Of a stretch of DNA of 56,311 nt, positions 44,496 through 52,464 are shown one piece after another. Position numbers and translations under genes: made by a program. Within the stretch, counting starts at the first letter, position 1. Every line of letters starts with the position of its first letter. Origin of the DNA: a virus (Duplodnaviria > Caudoviricetes); IMG/VR virus record IMGVR_UViG_3300013763_000001, positions 1 to 56,311 of that record, one strand, 5' to 3'. The notes under the pieces were generated by a model that saw only the letters and a list, made by a program, of their open reading frames with translations, ran no database searches and was not told the origin of the DNA.

Positions 44496-44716
44496 TCGCT
44501 CCCTTCCCCGCGCTGCCCCGGCGCTGGCGTCAGCATGTAGCTCACGATCATCTGGATATGCGCCAGCGGGTAAGACTCTTCCTGCACAGCGTCGCTAATC
44601 TGCCGCAGGGAAAGTTCCAACGCCATCACGCGCTGGCGTTCGCGGGCAAGGGCAGCCGCTTGGTTATCCAGGCGTTCGTACAGTAGCGCGCCGTAGTTGG
44701 CCGGTTGCTCGCTCAT
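44492..44716 (-). CDS. hypothetical protein
   Basis: ATGA-coupled coiled-coil ORF. Confidence 0.5.
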   Translation of the reverse strand: MSEQPANYGALLYERLDNQAAALARERQRVMALELSLRQISDAVQEESYPLAHIQMIVSYMLTPAPGQRGEGSE

Positions 44717-45123
44717 TGCGTCACCAACTTTCCCTGCTTTTCCAGCAACAGCAACGCACCGAAGATGCGCAGCACGCTCCCCTCATCCAAGAGCGGCGAC
44801 ACCGTTCCCGGCTCGTACTCCCAGAATTCGACCGGCTTGTGCAGGCTCCGCGCGTACGCCAGTTCACCCGCAGTCGATGTTCCGACATAGCCACCGACAT
44901 TGAGGATGAGGACCGTATTCGCAAGGTCAATCTTTCGCAGGTGCAATTCGTCCATCCGCGCCTTGTCGCCGTCCGTCAAGCCAAGCGCATCGTCGCTCTT
45001 GAAGTCGCAGCCGATAGACAGGACAATCCTTCCGGCGAGCGTCTCCCGCAGATTTGCCGCGCGAAACGCCTCTCCAAAGCGGGTGCTCCCGCAGAGGCAG
45101 ACGATTGTCGGCTGCTCGGTCAT
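44713..45123 (-). CDS. nucleoside 2-deoxyribosyltransferase-like protein
   Basis: IVCLCGSTRF...LHLRKIDLA..VLILNVGGYVGTST..EL.YA. Confidence 0.75.
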   Translation of the reverse strand: MTEQPTIVCLCGSTRFGEAFRAANLRETLAGRIVLSIGCDFKSDDALGLTDGDKARMDELHLRKIDLANTVLILNVGGYVGTSTAGELAYARSLHKPVEFWEYEPGTVSPLLDEGSVLRIFGALLLLEKQGKLVTQ

Positions 45124-45344
45124 ACCGTTCCTCCCTTCGCGCACTTCGGGCACAGCCACAGGCCGTCCCGCATCTCCCAGCCGTCATACCGCAACTCGCG
45201 GACGGCCTCACGCTGGGTTGACGCGGCCCAGGTCGTGATCTGGCCGCACCCCTGGCAATGGCCCGCGTAGCTCACGGTCCGCACCAAGCGCGCCGCTCGC
45301 ATCGTGACGCGCTCCGGCTTGTCTCCCGTTTCCTGCTCGGTCAC
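45120..45344 (-). CDS. small zinc-binding protein
   Basis: CQGC...GW...WLCPKC. Confidence 0.6.
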   Translation of the reverse strand: MTEQETGDKPERVTMRAARLVRTVSYAGHCQGCGQITTWAASTQREAVRELRYDGWEMRDGLWLCPKCAKGGTV

Positions 45345-46441
45345 TTCCCGACCCCTCCCTTTGCTCCCACGCTCGCCTCAGTCCGCCACCAGGCGATGCC
45401 CACCGCACGGCACGCCGCACTTTCCTGCCGTCGCCCGTATCTGGTGTCTTGCGCCGGCCAGGTGCGGATCGGTCGCACCCAGGCGATCCCTTCGGCGATC
45501 AGGGCGGCACTGCGTATCGTCCTCGTCGGCGGCTTGCGCGCTCGCGGCTGGTAAGCATCCAGGTCGCTTTGGCGGTACTTCCACACGCCCTCCGCCGCGC
45601 CGCCCTGATCGTGTGCCCGGATGCCGCCGATACGACCCTCACGCCGGAAACGCTCCAGCGTGTTTAGATGGATGCCGACCTTCGCCGCCGCCTCAGCATT
45701 GCTGTAGATCGGGTCGGCACGCCATGCCGCGTCGGCGATGCGGTGGTAGTAGCCGCTCGGATCGTGCACCCGGGCCCGGTCGTACTCATGCGGGCAGGCC
45801 CGCAGAAACCGGATCAGCGCCGGCTCACTCACTACTCGGACCTTCCCCGCGCCCTGCAAGAACGGCGCATGGGTCGCTTTCAGCCAGCCGTTGGCGATCC
45901 ACTGCCGGATGACCTTGTGGTCGTCGACACCCATCAGTCGGGCGATGCCCCGGCCGGTCCAGCCGTCGATGTTGTCACGCCGGCAGCGGCCCAACGCTCG
46001 TTGCGCCCGAATTTTGCAGGCGTTCACCGTGCGCCCCAGCCGCTTCGCCACCGTTGCATCCGGTAGGCGTCCCCACCACTGGGACAAACGTTCCGTATCG
46101 GCGTCAGTCCAGTCCGGCGTCTTTCTGGCGGCGATCCCCAGTTGGTGGGCCTTGGCCGTGATCTGCCAGCGCGGCCGACCTGTCACGGCCACCAGCGCGT
46201 CAATCGCCGCGCTGTCGCCGCTGGCATAGTGCGCTCGCAGCAACGCCAGTTCACGATCGGTCCAGACGACCGGCTTGACCAGGCCCAACTGCCTGGCCCG
46301 CCCGACGATCTGGTGTGCCGACCGGCCCAGCGCCTTGCCGATCTGGCGGTTGGTGAGCTTGCCGAAGTTGGCCGCAATGTAACGGTCGATGACCTCAGGG
46401 CTGAAACGATACGCCGCCTCACGCGCGATGTCAGCGCCCAT
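45341..46441 (-). CDS. multi-HTH protein with WT..E..L repeats
   Basis: Repeated WT-x-x-[ED]...L...A..LGRT/S...A..LG units plus C-terminal excisionase-like HTHs. Confidence 0.75.
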   Translation of the reverse strand: MGADIAREAAYRFSPEVIDRYIAANFGKLTNRQIGKALGRSAHQIVGRARQLGLVKPVVWTDRELALLRAHYASGDSAAIDALVAVTGRPRWQITAKAHQLGIAARKTPDWTDADTERLSQWWGRLPDATVAKRLGRTVNACKIRAQRALGRCRRDNIDGWTGRGIARLMGVDDHKVIRQWIANGWLKATHAPFLQGAGKVRVVSEPALIRFLRACPHEYDRARVHDPSGYYHRIADAAWRADPIYSNAEAAAKVGIHLNTLERFRREGRIGGIRAHDQGGAAEGVWKYRQSDLDAYQPRARKPPTRTIRSAALIAEGIAWVRPIRTWPAQDTRYGRRQESAACRAVGIAWWRTEASVGAKGGVGK

Positions 46442-47087
46442 CTTCGTTCTCTTGCTGTCGCGGGACGTGCTTCCAAGCCTGGCCGGATAGCACCGCCTGT
46501 ACCGTTTGCGGAGCCACGCCGAAACGCCGCCCCAACGCGACCCCGCTCCAGCCCTCGCTGGCGGAAAGGCGCAGGATTTCCCGTACAGCCCCGTCATTGA
46601 GTTTGCTCATGCCAATGGACGTGCCGCGCGGTTGGGCCTCGGGGTGACGTTGCGCGCCGTTCCGACCTTTTGCAAGCATATCTGCCGTGTTCTGCTGCGC
46701 AGTTCCCAGCCAAAGGTGAGCAGGATTGACGCAGGAAGGGTTGTCTCCGTCCGGGCAATCATGGAGCACCCAAAGACCATCGGGGATAGCGCCGTTGGTG
46801 AGCTCCCACGCGACGCGATGGGTGAGCAGGTGGCGTCTCCCGTCGCTGGTTTGCCCATAGCCGCTCGGGTCTTTTCCCCCCGTCCATAACCAGCAGGAAT
46901 CGACGCCACCCGATCTATCAACGCGGGGCCAAAATCTTTCGGAAAGCGGGACACGTTTCGCGGCGAAATAGCACGGCTGCCCGCAGTATTTCCCCAACCC
47001 CCGACTTACGGCATCCTTGCGGGTAATGAACTGCTTCCCGCACTGCGCACATGCGCGCTCAACGAGCGTTCTCTTGTACCTGTCCAA
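46431..47087 (-). CDS. HNH homing endonuclease (insert 5)
   Basis: CAQCG...YCGQPC; RFWPRVD...CWLWTG...GYG...THRVAW...DNPSCVNPAHL.LGT; own TGCTATAAT on the minus strand (47130-47122); TTG start 47087. Confidence 0.9.
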   Translation of the reverse strand: MDRYKRTLVERACAQCGKQFITRKDAVSRGLGKYCGQPCYFAAKRVPLSERFWPRVDRSGGVDSCWLWTGGKDPSGYGQTSDGRRHLLTHRVAWELTNGAIPDGLWVLHDCPDGDNPSCVNPAHLWLGTAQQNTADMLAKGRNGAQRHPEAQPRGTSIGMSKLNDGAVREILRLSASEGWSGVALGRRFGVAPQTVQAVLSGQAWKHVPRQQENEDGR

Positions 47088-47171
47088 TCTCGCCCTCTCA
47101 TGAGACACCACAATGGTATCATTATAGCACCATAGTGGCGAAAGGGCATTGAGATGGTGTATCCTGGCGGA

Positions 47172-47318
47172 ATGGCAGAGTTGGTGGTCCGGTTGATGCT
47201 GCGATTGCCGCGCGATTTGCACGACGCGATCTACGCAATGGCGCACGCCGAACAGCGGAGCCTCAATGGGCAGATCATTTACCTGCTCAGGCGGGCGATA
47301 GAGGGGCACACGATCTAG
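47172..47318 (+). CDS. Arc-family ribbon-helix-helix repressor (48 aa)
   Basis: Hand-translated MAELVVRLMLRLPRDLHDAIYAMAHAEQRSLNGQIIYLLRRAIEGHTI; LRLP...RSLN..I Arc signature; TATCCT 6 nt upstream. Confidence 0.85.
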   Translation: MAELVVRLMLRLPRDLHDAIYAMAHAEQRSLNGQIIYLLRRAIEGHTI

Positions 47319-47320
47319 CG

Positions 47321-47350
47321 CGGCGTCCTGGTTTGGCGTCCAGGACGCCG
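47321..47350. other. 11-bp perfect inverted repeat after the Arc gene
   Basis: CGGCGTCCTGG-TTTGGCGT-CCAGGACGCCG; no U-tract. Confidence 0.5.
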
Positions 47351-47377
47351 GAGCGGTGGTCGGCGTTGGTTGCGCGC

Positions 47378-47587
47378 TCATCGTTGCCCCACCCCTCCCT
47401 TCTCTCCCCACGCCCGCAGGATCAACCACCGCAGGCGATCGTACGCTTGCAGCCGTTCCAGCCCCCGCACGGCGATGTCGCGGCTGTGCGCCACCGGCTG
47501 CCCCCGCCGGTATTCCGCCCGCCCGTAGGTGTCCACGGCGGCCAGGATGGCGGCGGCGGTCGGCACCTCAATGGGCAGGGTGGTCAT
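47378..47587 (-). CDS. hypothetical protein
   Basis: ATGA-coupled on both sides. Confidence 0.5.
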   Translation of the reverse strand: MTTLPIEVPTAAAILAAVDTYGRAEYRRGQPVAHSRDIAVRGLERLQAYDRLRWLILRAWGEKGGVGQR

Positions 47588-48630
47588 CGCACGGCCCCAT
47601 TGGCGTGCCTGGACGTGATGCCTGCCAATGCCGACGTGTAGCGAAGGTTTCGCCCGCCTACCTCTACGTCCCAGGTCTGGTAGATCACCCGCTCCGTGAC
47701 GCGCTCGCCCAGATGCGCCCGCAACGCCACCATGTCGAGGTTGCTGGTGAACACGGTTTCCCGCTCGCCGCGCATCCGCCCGTCCAGAATCTGGAAGAGC
47801 TTTTCGAGCACCCAGGCAGTTGGCCGTTCTACCCCTACATCGTCCAACACCAGCAGGTCGACGTCTCGGAGCTTGCGCAGTAGGGTATCGGTATCGTCGC
47901 TCGCCTCGCCTGCCGACCGTTCAAAGGTGCGCCGGATACGGTCGAGCAGGTCCGGCAACGTGTAATACACGCCCGCCTGACCTTGATGCAGACGCGCCCG
48001 AAGGATGCTCACCCCTAGCCCGGTTTTGCCGGTTCCTAGCGGACCAAAGAGGTAGAGATTACGCATCGGTGGGTCCATGCGTCCCAGGTCGCCGCGTGCG
48101 AAAGCGGCTGCTATCCGCAGCGCCTCCACCTTCTCTACCTCTCCGCCGATGCACGCTCGGTAACTGTCGAGATCCCACGTTTCGCTATTGCGTGGCAGTT
48201 GCGCGTCCGCAAGGAGTGACTGAAACGCCACGCGGCGCCGCGCGTTCTCATAGCCTTCCGTCCCCTGGCACGTCGGGCACGGCAGCATAGCCCGCGGTCG
48301 CTCATGCTGCGCATCTGTCGGCGACTCCGCAACAACCCAGCCGTGCGCCCCTTCCGCTACGTCGAAATGACAAGTAGGGCAGTGGCGCAACTCACCCCGC
48401 GTCGGCCGGTGGCACAACGGGCACCAGTTCTTCGAGGATGTGCCGGTTGGCGGCCTTGAATCGCTGCTGGTGCTCTCGCCATCCGCGCGCGTTGGCGGAC
48501 TCGGGTGGCGGCGACGCAGTTCCTCGAGGAGCGCCGCGAATCCCTGAGTCTGGCCGATCTGTATCAGGCCGCTGGTTTGTTGCCGGTGCGGCCCCCGCCG
48601 CCGCAAGACCGGCCCCCCGTTGTGGTCCAT
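47584..48630 (-). CDS. DnaC/IstB-like AAA+ helicase loader
   Basis: LYLFGPLGTGKT; LLVLDDVG.E; TVFTSN; R..ER; start uncertain. Confidence 0.9.
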   Translation of the reverse strand: MDHNGGPVLRRRGPHRQQTSGLIQIGQTQGFAALLEELRRRHPSPPTRADGESTSSDSRPPTGTSSKNWCPLCHRPTRGELRHCPTCHFDVAEGAHGWVVAESPTDAQHERPRAMLPCPTCQGTEGYENARRRVAFQSLLADAQLPRNSETWDLDSYRACIGGEVEKVEALRIAAAFARGDLGRMDPPMRNLYLFGPLGTGKTGLGVSILRARLHQGQAGVYYTLPDLLDRIRRTFERSAGEASDDTDTLLRKLRDVDLLVLDDVGVERPTAWVLEKLFQILDGRMRGERETVFTSNLDMVALRAHLGERVTERVIYQTWDVEVGGRNLRYTSALAGITSRHANGAVR

Positions 48631-49504
48631 GCTCTGCTTCCTCCCTCGGTTCTTTTTTGCACCAGTTGCGATAGGCCGAAACGCTCGCCGGACGGTGATG
48701 ATTCCGCAGCCACCAGTCCGCGCACACTGCCGCCACACTCGCGTGGTGGACGTGCGGGAACTCGTCGAGGATTGCGCCGAGGGCGCGTACCTCTGAGGCC
48801 GTACCGAGGAGACCCAACGCCGTCAGAATCACTTGCACCCCTGGCGATGCCGCCGCCGTTTCCGGCTGCAGGATGCGAGACCCTGCCGCATCACCGCCTG
48901 CTCGTGTCGAGGACGTTGCCATGCGCGCACGCGCATGCTGCTGCTGAATTACTGGTTCATGGTTCTGGTTAACTGGTTCTGGTTCTACCTTAATGTGCAT
49001 GTCGTTTTTTGCCGGATTCGGACGGCAACCGTTGCCGGATTCGGTGGCAGAATTTGCCGGATTCGGTTCCTGAGCACCCTTGAATCCGGCAACCGTTGCC
49101 GGATTCAAGCGGCAGAATTTGCCGGATTCTGCCGCTGTTCCGTTCGGGTAGAGCCGGTATCGGTTGCGTGCGGTGCCGCCCTGGGTGTGACGGACGAACC
49201 CGGCGTGCTCGAGCTCGGCAACGTAGGTACGCACCGATCGCTCACTGCATGACGCCTGCGCGGCGATGACGCCGTGCGCGGGGAAACACTCCTCGTTTTT
49301 TCCAAGGTGGCGCTGGAGCACCGCGTAGACCAGCTTTGCCCCCGTTGACAGGCGAGTGTCGAGCACCGTGCCAGGCAACCGGGCATGCGCCGCGCCGCCG
49401 GCAATCTCAGCCGCTGTCGGCTCATGCGCATCGTAGCCGTCGGTTGTCTCACTCACGAGGCGCAGGTATCCGCGTACCGTCTGTATCTCAGGCTCTGCAC
49501 TCAC
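48392..49504 (-). CDS. replication initiator (N-terminal winged HTH)
   Basis: LSTGAKLVYAVL...CFP....A.....SERSV..Y..ELE.AG; internal iterons; upstream of the DnaC-like gene. Confidence 0.85.
   Translation of the reverse strand: MSAEPEIQTVRGYLRLVSETTDGYDAHEPTAAEIAGGAAHARLPGTVLDTRLSTGAKLVYAVLQRHLGKNEECFPAHGVIAAQASCSERSVRTYVAELEHAGFVRHTQGGTARNRYRLYPNGTAAESGKFCRLNPATVAGFKGAQEPNPANSATESGNGCRPNPAKNDMHIKVEPEPVNQNHEPVIQQQHARARMATSSTRAGGDAAGSRILQPETAAASPGVQVILTALGLLGTASEVRALGAILDEFPHVHHASVAAVCADWWLRNHHRPASVSAYRNWCKKEPREEAEHGPQRGAGLAAAGAAPATNQRPDTDRPDSGIRGAPRGTASPPPESANARGWREHQQRFKAANRHILEELVPVVPPADAG
49009..49129. repeat. putative replication origin iterons TTGCCGGATTC
   Basis: Direct copies at 49009, 49032, 49054, 49096 and 49119; inverted copy at 49082-49092. 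Confidence 0.8.
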
Positions 49505-49596
49505 GCTCGCTCCTGTTCATAACGGTACGGCACTACGGGATTATAACATTCTAGTATTGTAGTATGCAAGTCCGGTGATACGGTAGACTTGCGAAT

Positions 49597-49815
49597 ATGG
49601 AAGCAAGAGAGGATGGACTGATGAGCGCCAAGGAGATCGCCGCACGTTTCGATATGCCGGTGAGCACTGTGTACTGGTTGGCGGACGCCGGCCAGATACC
49701 CTACGTCGATGCCCGCAAGCCGTACCACAGCCGGCGCCGGCTGTTGTTTGATCCGGCAAAGGTCAGCGCCGCGTTGGAACACCGCCTGCTCACCGGCCAG
49801 CCGCAGGGCGAGTAG
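49597..49815 (+). CDS. excisionase-like HTH protein (antisense)
   Basis: LMSAKEIAARFDMPVSTVYWLADAGQIP...LLFDP. Confidence 0.75.
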   Translation: MEAREDGLMSAKEIAARFDMPVSTVYWLADAGQIPYVDARKPYHSRRRLLFDPAKVSAALEHRLLTGQPQGE

Positions 49816-49817
49816 GG

Positions 49818-50210
49818 TCACGCCGTCACCCCCGCCGGCGGCCACGCGAGCTCGAGCCGCGTCCCATCGCTCAGCAGTCGCCACACGCGCCACGTTGCCG
49901 GGTTGTCTGGGGTGAGCCAGCAAAGTAGGTACTTGATCCCCGGCGGATGGGGCAGCGCCAGGAAGCGCGCGCGCCAGATGGGGGCCGGCGGCCACGGTTC
50001 CCGCGCCGTGGCCTTGATTTGACAGAAGAGCACGTCGCCGGCGGTGAGGCCGATGCAATCGAAGCAAGCAAAGATGTCGGTATTCCAGCGCGCACTCGTG
50101 CCTGCGTTTACGCGCCAGGCAACGGCGCCTAGGCGGGTTAGCTCGTTGCACCATTGCTCCTCAGCGGCAGCGCCGGTCTGCACGTTATAGCGCTGTTGGA
50201 GCGCGCTCAC
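49818..50210 (-). CDS. PD-(D/E)xK nuclease / Holliday junction resolvase-like
   Basis: G...E......L...G...DIF..FD.I......LF.QIK. Confidence 0.7.
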   Translation of the reverse strand: MSALQQRYNVQTGAAAEEQWCNELTRLGAVAWRVNAGTSARWNTDIFACFDCIGLTAGDVLFCQIKATAREPWPPAPIWRARFLALPHPPGIKYLLCWLTPDNPATWRVWRLLSDGTRLELAWPPAGVTA

Positions 50211-50479
50211 AGGCGTACCACCTTGCGCCGCGTTGCCTGCTGTGACCTCCGCCGCTGCCGTTCCCGCGCTTCGGCGTCGCGCTCTCCGGCGCGCTGCCAG
50301 TCGGCGTAGTACGGTGCGCTCTCCGGCGCCGCCGCCTCAAAACAAGCGCCGCAGACGGGGCCAATCACCGTCTCTAGCCGGCGATGCCTGCCCGCGTCGC
50401 CGCACAGCACACAGGCGATGCGCTCCGGGTTGCGGTCGACCGGGACGACGCCAGCGCCGACAATGTAGAAGTCGGTCAT
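50207..50479 (-). CDS. hypothetical zinc-binding protein
   Basis: CVLC...CGAC. Confidence 0.5.
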   Translation of the reverse strand: MTDFYIVGAGVVPVDRNPERIACVLCGDAGRHRRLETVIGPVCGACFEAAAPESAPYYADWQRAGERDAEARERQRRRSQQATRRKVVRL

Positions 50480-50586
50480 AACGCCATCGCCTCCTGGCCC
50501 GCTGCCGTCCGCCGCTCCCGTTCCTTGCGCGCCCTGGTCGCCGTCGCGTTGCGCGCGTGTAGCGGCCCATCAAGGCCAAGGTGGGG
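50476..50586 (-). pseudogene. orphaned 3' end of the HNH gene 51419..51883
   Basis: Encodes HLGLDGPLHARNATATRARKERERRTAAGQEAMAL*, a paralogue of HLALDGPLHARNAAITRARKRQERQGAVGQKAFDL. Confidence 0.8.
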
Positions 50587-50625
50587 AAATCGGCTATAAG
50601 GTGGTAATGGTGCTATAATGTTTCT

Positions 50626-51549
50626 ATGAAAACGATGGTGACGTACCAATGCGCCTACTGCGGCCAGCCATACCAACGGCAAAAGGGCAACCCGTCCGGA
50701 CGTTTCTGTGGTCAGCGGTGCGCTACGTTCATGAACCGTCCGAGCGCAGCATTGCTTATTCCCGATGGGGAACCAATGAGCAAGAGGACGCGCTTCCGCC
50801 GCCGTCGTGCTGCGGGTCTCACCCGACCAGACGGGTTCTACGCGTTCAATGAGGAATTCTTTTTCCGCTGGTCCGACGAACTCGCATGGGTGCTTGGACT
50901 GATCTGGAGTGATGGTTGCCTCTTCGGGAACACGGTCGAAATTTGCTCGAAGGATTCCCAGATCGTAGAACTGGTTGCCGCACTGATCGACCAACCAAAC
51001 GGAATTCGCCTGAAGAATGGCGGGGGAGCGCTGCGAGTCGTATTTACGTCGTGCGCGGTCGCTGCGTTCCTTCGGTCGTTGGGTCTGACGGAAGCGAAGA
51101 GTTTCACGGCACCTTGGCCCGAACTTCCTCCCCGCCTGGAAGGGCACTTTCTCAGGGGATTGCTCGACGGCGACGGATCGGTACTGTTGAACCAGCGTCG
51201 CCCAGGGCAGCAGGTACCAGACCTTTCGGTACAGTGGTGCGGGGCTGCGCCGCTTTTGTTGGCTGGAATCACTTCCTATCTCAGCGCGAACCAAATACGC
51301 TTTTCCGCCGGATGGCAAGAGCGGAACGGAAGGGCGCTTGGTCTCTGGAAGATCACAGTCCAGCAACAGGATTCGCTTCGGCGACTTTACGGGTTGATGT
51401 ATCCTCACCAAGACGTGCCTACCCTTTCTCGCAAGGCTGCGGGTTATTTGGTGTGGATGGAGACGCCGCGGGTGCGTCCAGGAAGGCCAAATCGAACGCC
51501 TTCTGCCCCACCGCCCCTTGCCGTTCCTGTCGTTTCCGGGCCCGCGTAA
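50626..51549 (+). CDS. LAGLIDADG-like homing endonuclease with N-terminal zinc finger (antisense insert)
   Basis: LAWVLGLIWSDG and FLRGLLDGDGSV helices; L.RK near the C-terminus; TGCTATAAT 50611-50619, 6 nt before ATG. Confidence 0.9.
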   Translation: MKTMVTYQCAYCGQPYQRQKGNPSGRFCGQRCATFMNRPSAALLIPDGEPMSKRTRFRRRRAAGLTRPDGFYAFNEEFFFRWSDELAWVLGLIWSDGCLFGNTVEICSKDSQIVELVAALIDQPNGIRLKNGGGALRVVFTSCAVAAFLRSLGLTEAKSFTAPWPELPPRLEGHFLRGLLDGDGSVLLNQRRPGQQVPDLSVQWCGAAPLLLAGITSYLSANQIRFSAGWQERNGRALGLWKITVQQQDSLRRLYGLMYPHQDVPTLSRKAAGYLVWMETPRVRPGRPNRTPSAPPPLAVPVVSGPA

Positions 51550-51883
51550 TCGCGGCGTTCCGTGCATGAAGGGGCCCATCGAGGGCCAGATGATGGAACT
51601 GGCATAATGCGGTCAGGTTGCTGTCCTCACTACTCCCCCCGTCGGCCAGGGCGACGATGTGATGCACCGTGAGCACCACGCGGATGATCTTGTGCTCCGG
51701 CTCGCAGCCGAGGCCGTCATAGCCACTGACGGCGTACCAGCCGCCGCGCCGATCGCGGTAGCCATATGCGCCGTGGGTCAGGCCGCAACGCTCGCAGCGC
51801 CAGTGCGCGCGCTCCTTTACGCGGTCGCTGATCTCGCGCCAATCAAGCGGGTAAAGCAAACGCAGTTGGGCGGAGATAGGCAC
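51419..51883 (-). CDS. HNH-family protein (resident)
   Basis: YP.DW.EIS..VKERA..RCE.CG...VLTVHH...NL.ALCQ.HHL..D. Confidence 0.85.
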   Translation of the reverse strand: MPISAQLRLLYPLDWREISDRVKERAHWRCERCGLTHGAYGYRDRRGGWYAVSGYDGLGCEPEHKIIRVVLTVHHIVALADGGSSEDSNLTALCQFHHLALDGPLHARNAAITRARKRQERQGAVGQKAFDLAFLDAPAASPSTPNNPQPCEKG

Positions 51884-52180
51884 CTACACCGCCTCCTCTC
51901 GGTCGTACAGCCCCAGCATGGGCTGGCGTTCCGGCTGTGATTGCCGGCTCACGCGCTCCGTCGTGCGGCCCTTCATCCACAGGTCAGCGCCCAGCCCCAG
52001 AAAGTAGGCTGCGACCGTCTCGTGATCCGTAGCCAGGGCCCGCGCCGCCTGCCGGAACACCGCCGCTGCCAGGCCTTCTAGCGTGATCGACAGCACCAAC
52101 GGGTCGCCGTCAGATTCCATCAGCTCCCCCAGCCCCATCTCAACACCGTTATCGGCAACCATCTGCGTCCCCAGTTCCAT
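51884..52180 (-). CDS. hypothetical protein
   Basis: ORF in the operon; start uncertain. Confidence 0.45.
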   Translation of the reverse strand: MELGTQMVADNGVEMGLGELMESDGDPLVLSITLEGLAAAVFRQAARALATDHETVAAYFLGLGADLWMKGRTTERVSRQSQPERQPMLGLYDREEAV

Positions 52181-52464
52181 GCCGCCCCGCAATCCCCAGG
52201 CATGCTTAAATCCAGGTCGAATAAGCCCGGAACACCACGATCCGTTACGAGCACGTCCCCATACGAACTGACGGCGACGATGCTGCCGAGCGGCAGCCAG
52301 GACGCCCCCGCCGCCGTGCCCCAGGCCGTCCACCGCCCGGAGGCCGTCCATCCCTGGTCACAGTAGGCGGATACGTTCGCCAGGTAGCCGCCGTGTGCCC
52401 CGGCAGGCGTTGCCGGCAGCAGGGCCAGGGCGAGCAGCAGCGCGGCGAGGGTGCGACGGGTCAT
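52120..52464 (-). CDS. secreted 3D-domain protein
   Basis: Signal peptide; VSAY...TASG...LPLGSIV.V..YG...VTDRG...DLSM. Confidence 0.75.
   Translation of the reverse strand: MTRRTLAALLLALALLPATPAGAHGGYLANVSAYCDQGWTASGRWTAWGTAAGASWLPLGSIVAVSSYGDVLVTDRGVPGLFDLDLSMPGDCGAAWNWGRRWLPITVLRWGWGS

Noticed and set aside
49567-49593. GCAAGTC/GACTTGC hairpin before the antisense HTH gene as a fourth leader-motif copy
   Set aside because: It has a 7-bp stem but lacks the clean bulged-C plus 4-bp inner stem and the TTGGAG hairpin.
50476-51579. 367-aa minus-strand ORF
   Set aside because: It is mostly antisense to the LAGLIDADG gene; only the last ~35 codons are meaningful (orphan HNH tail).
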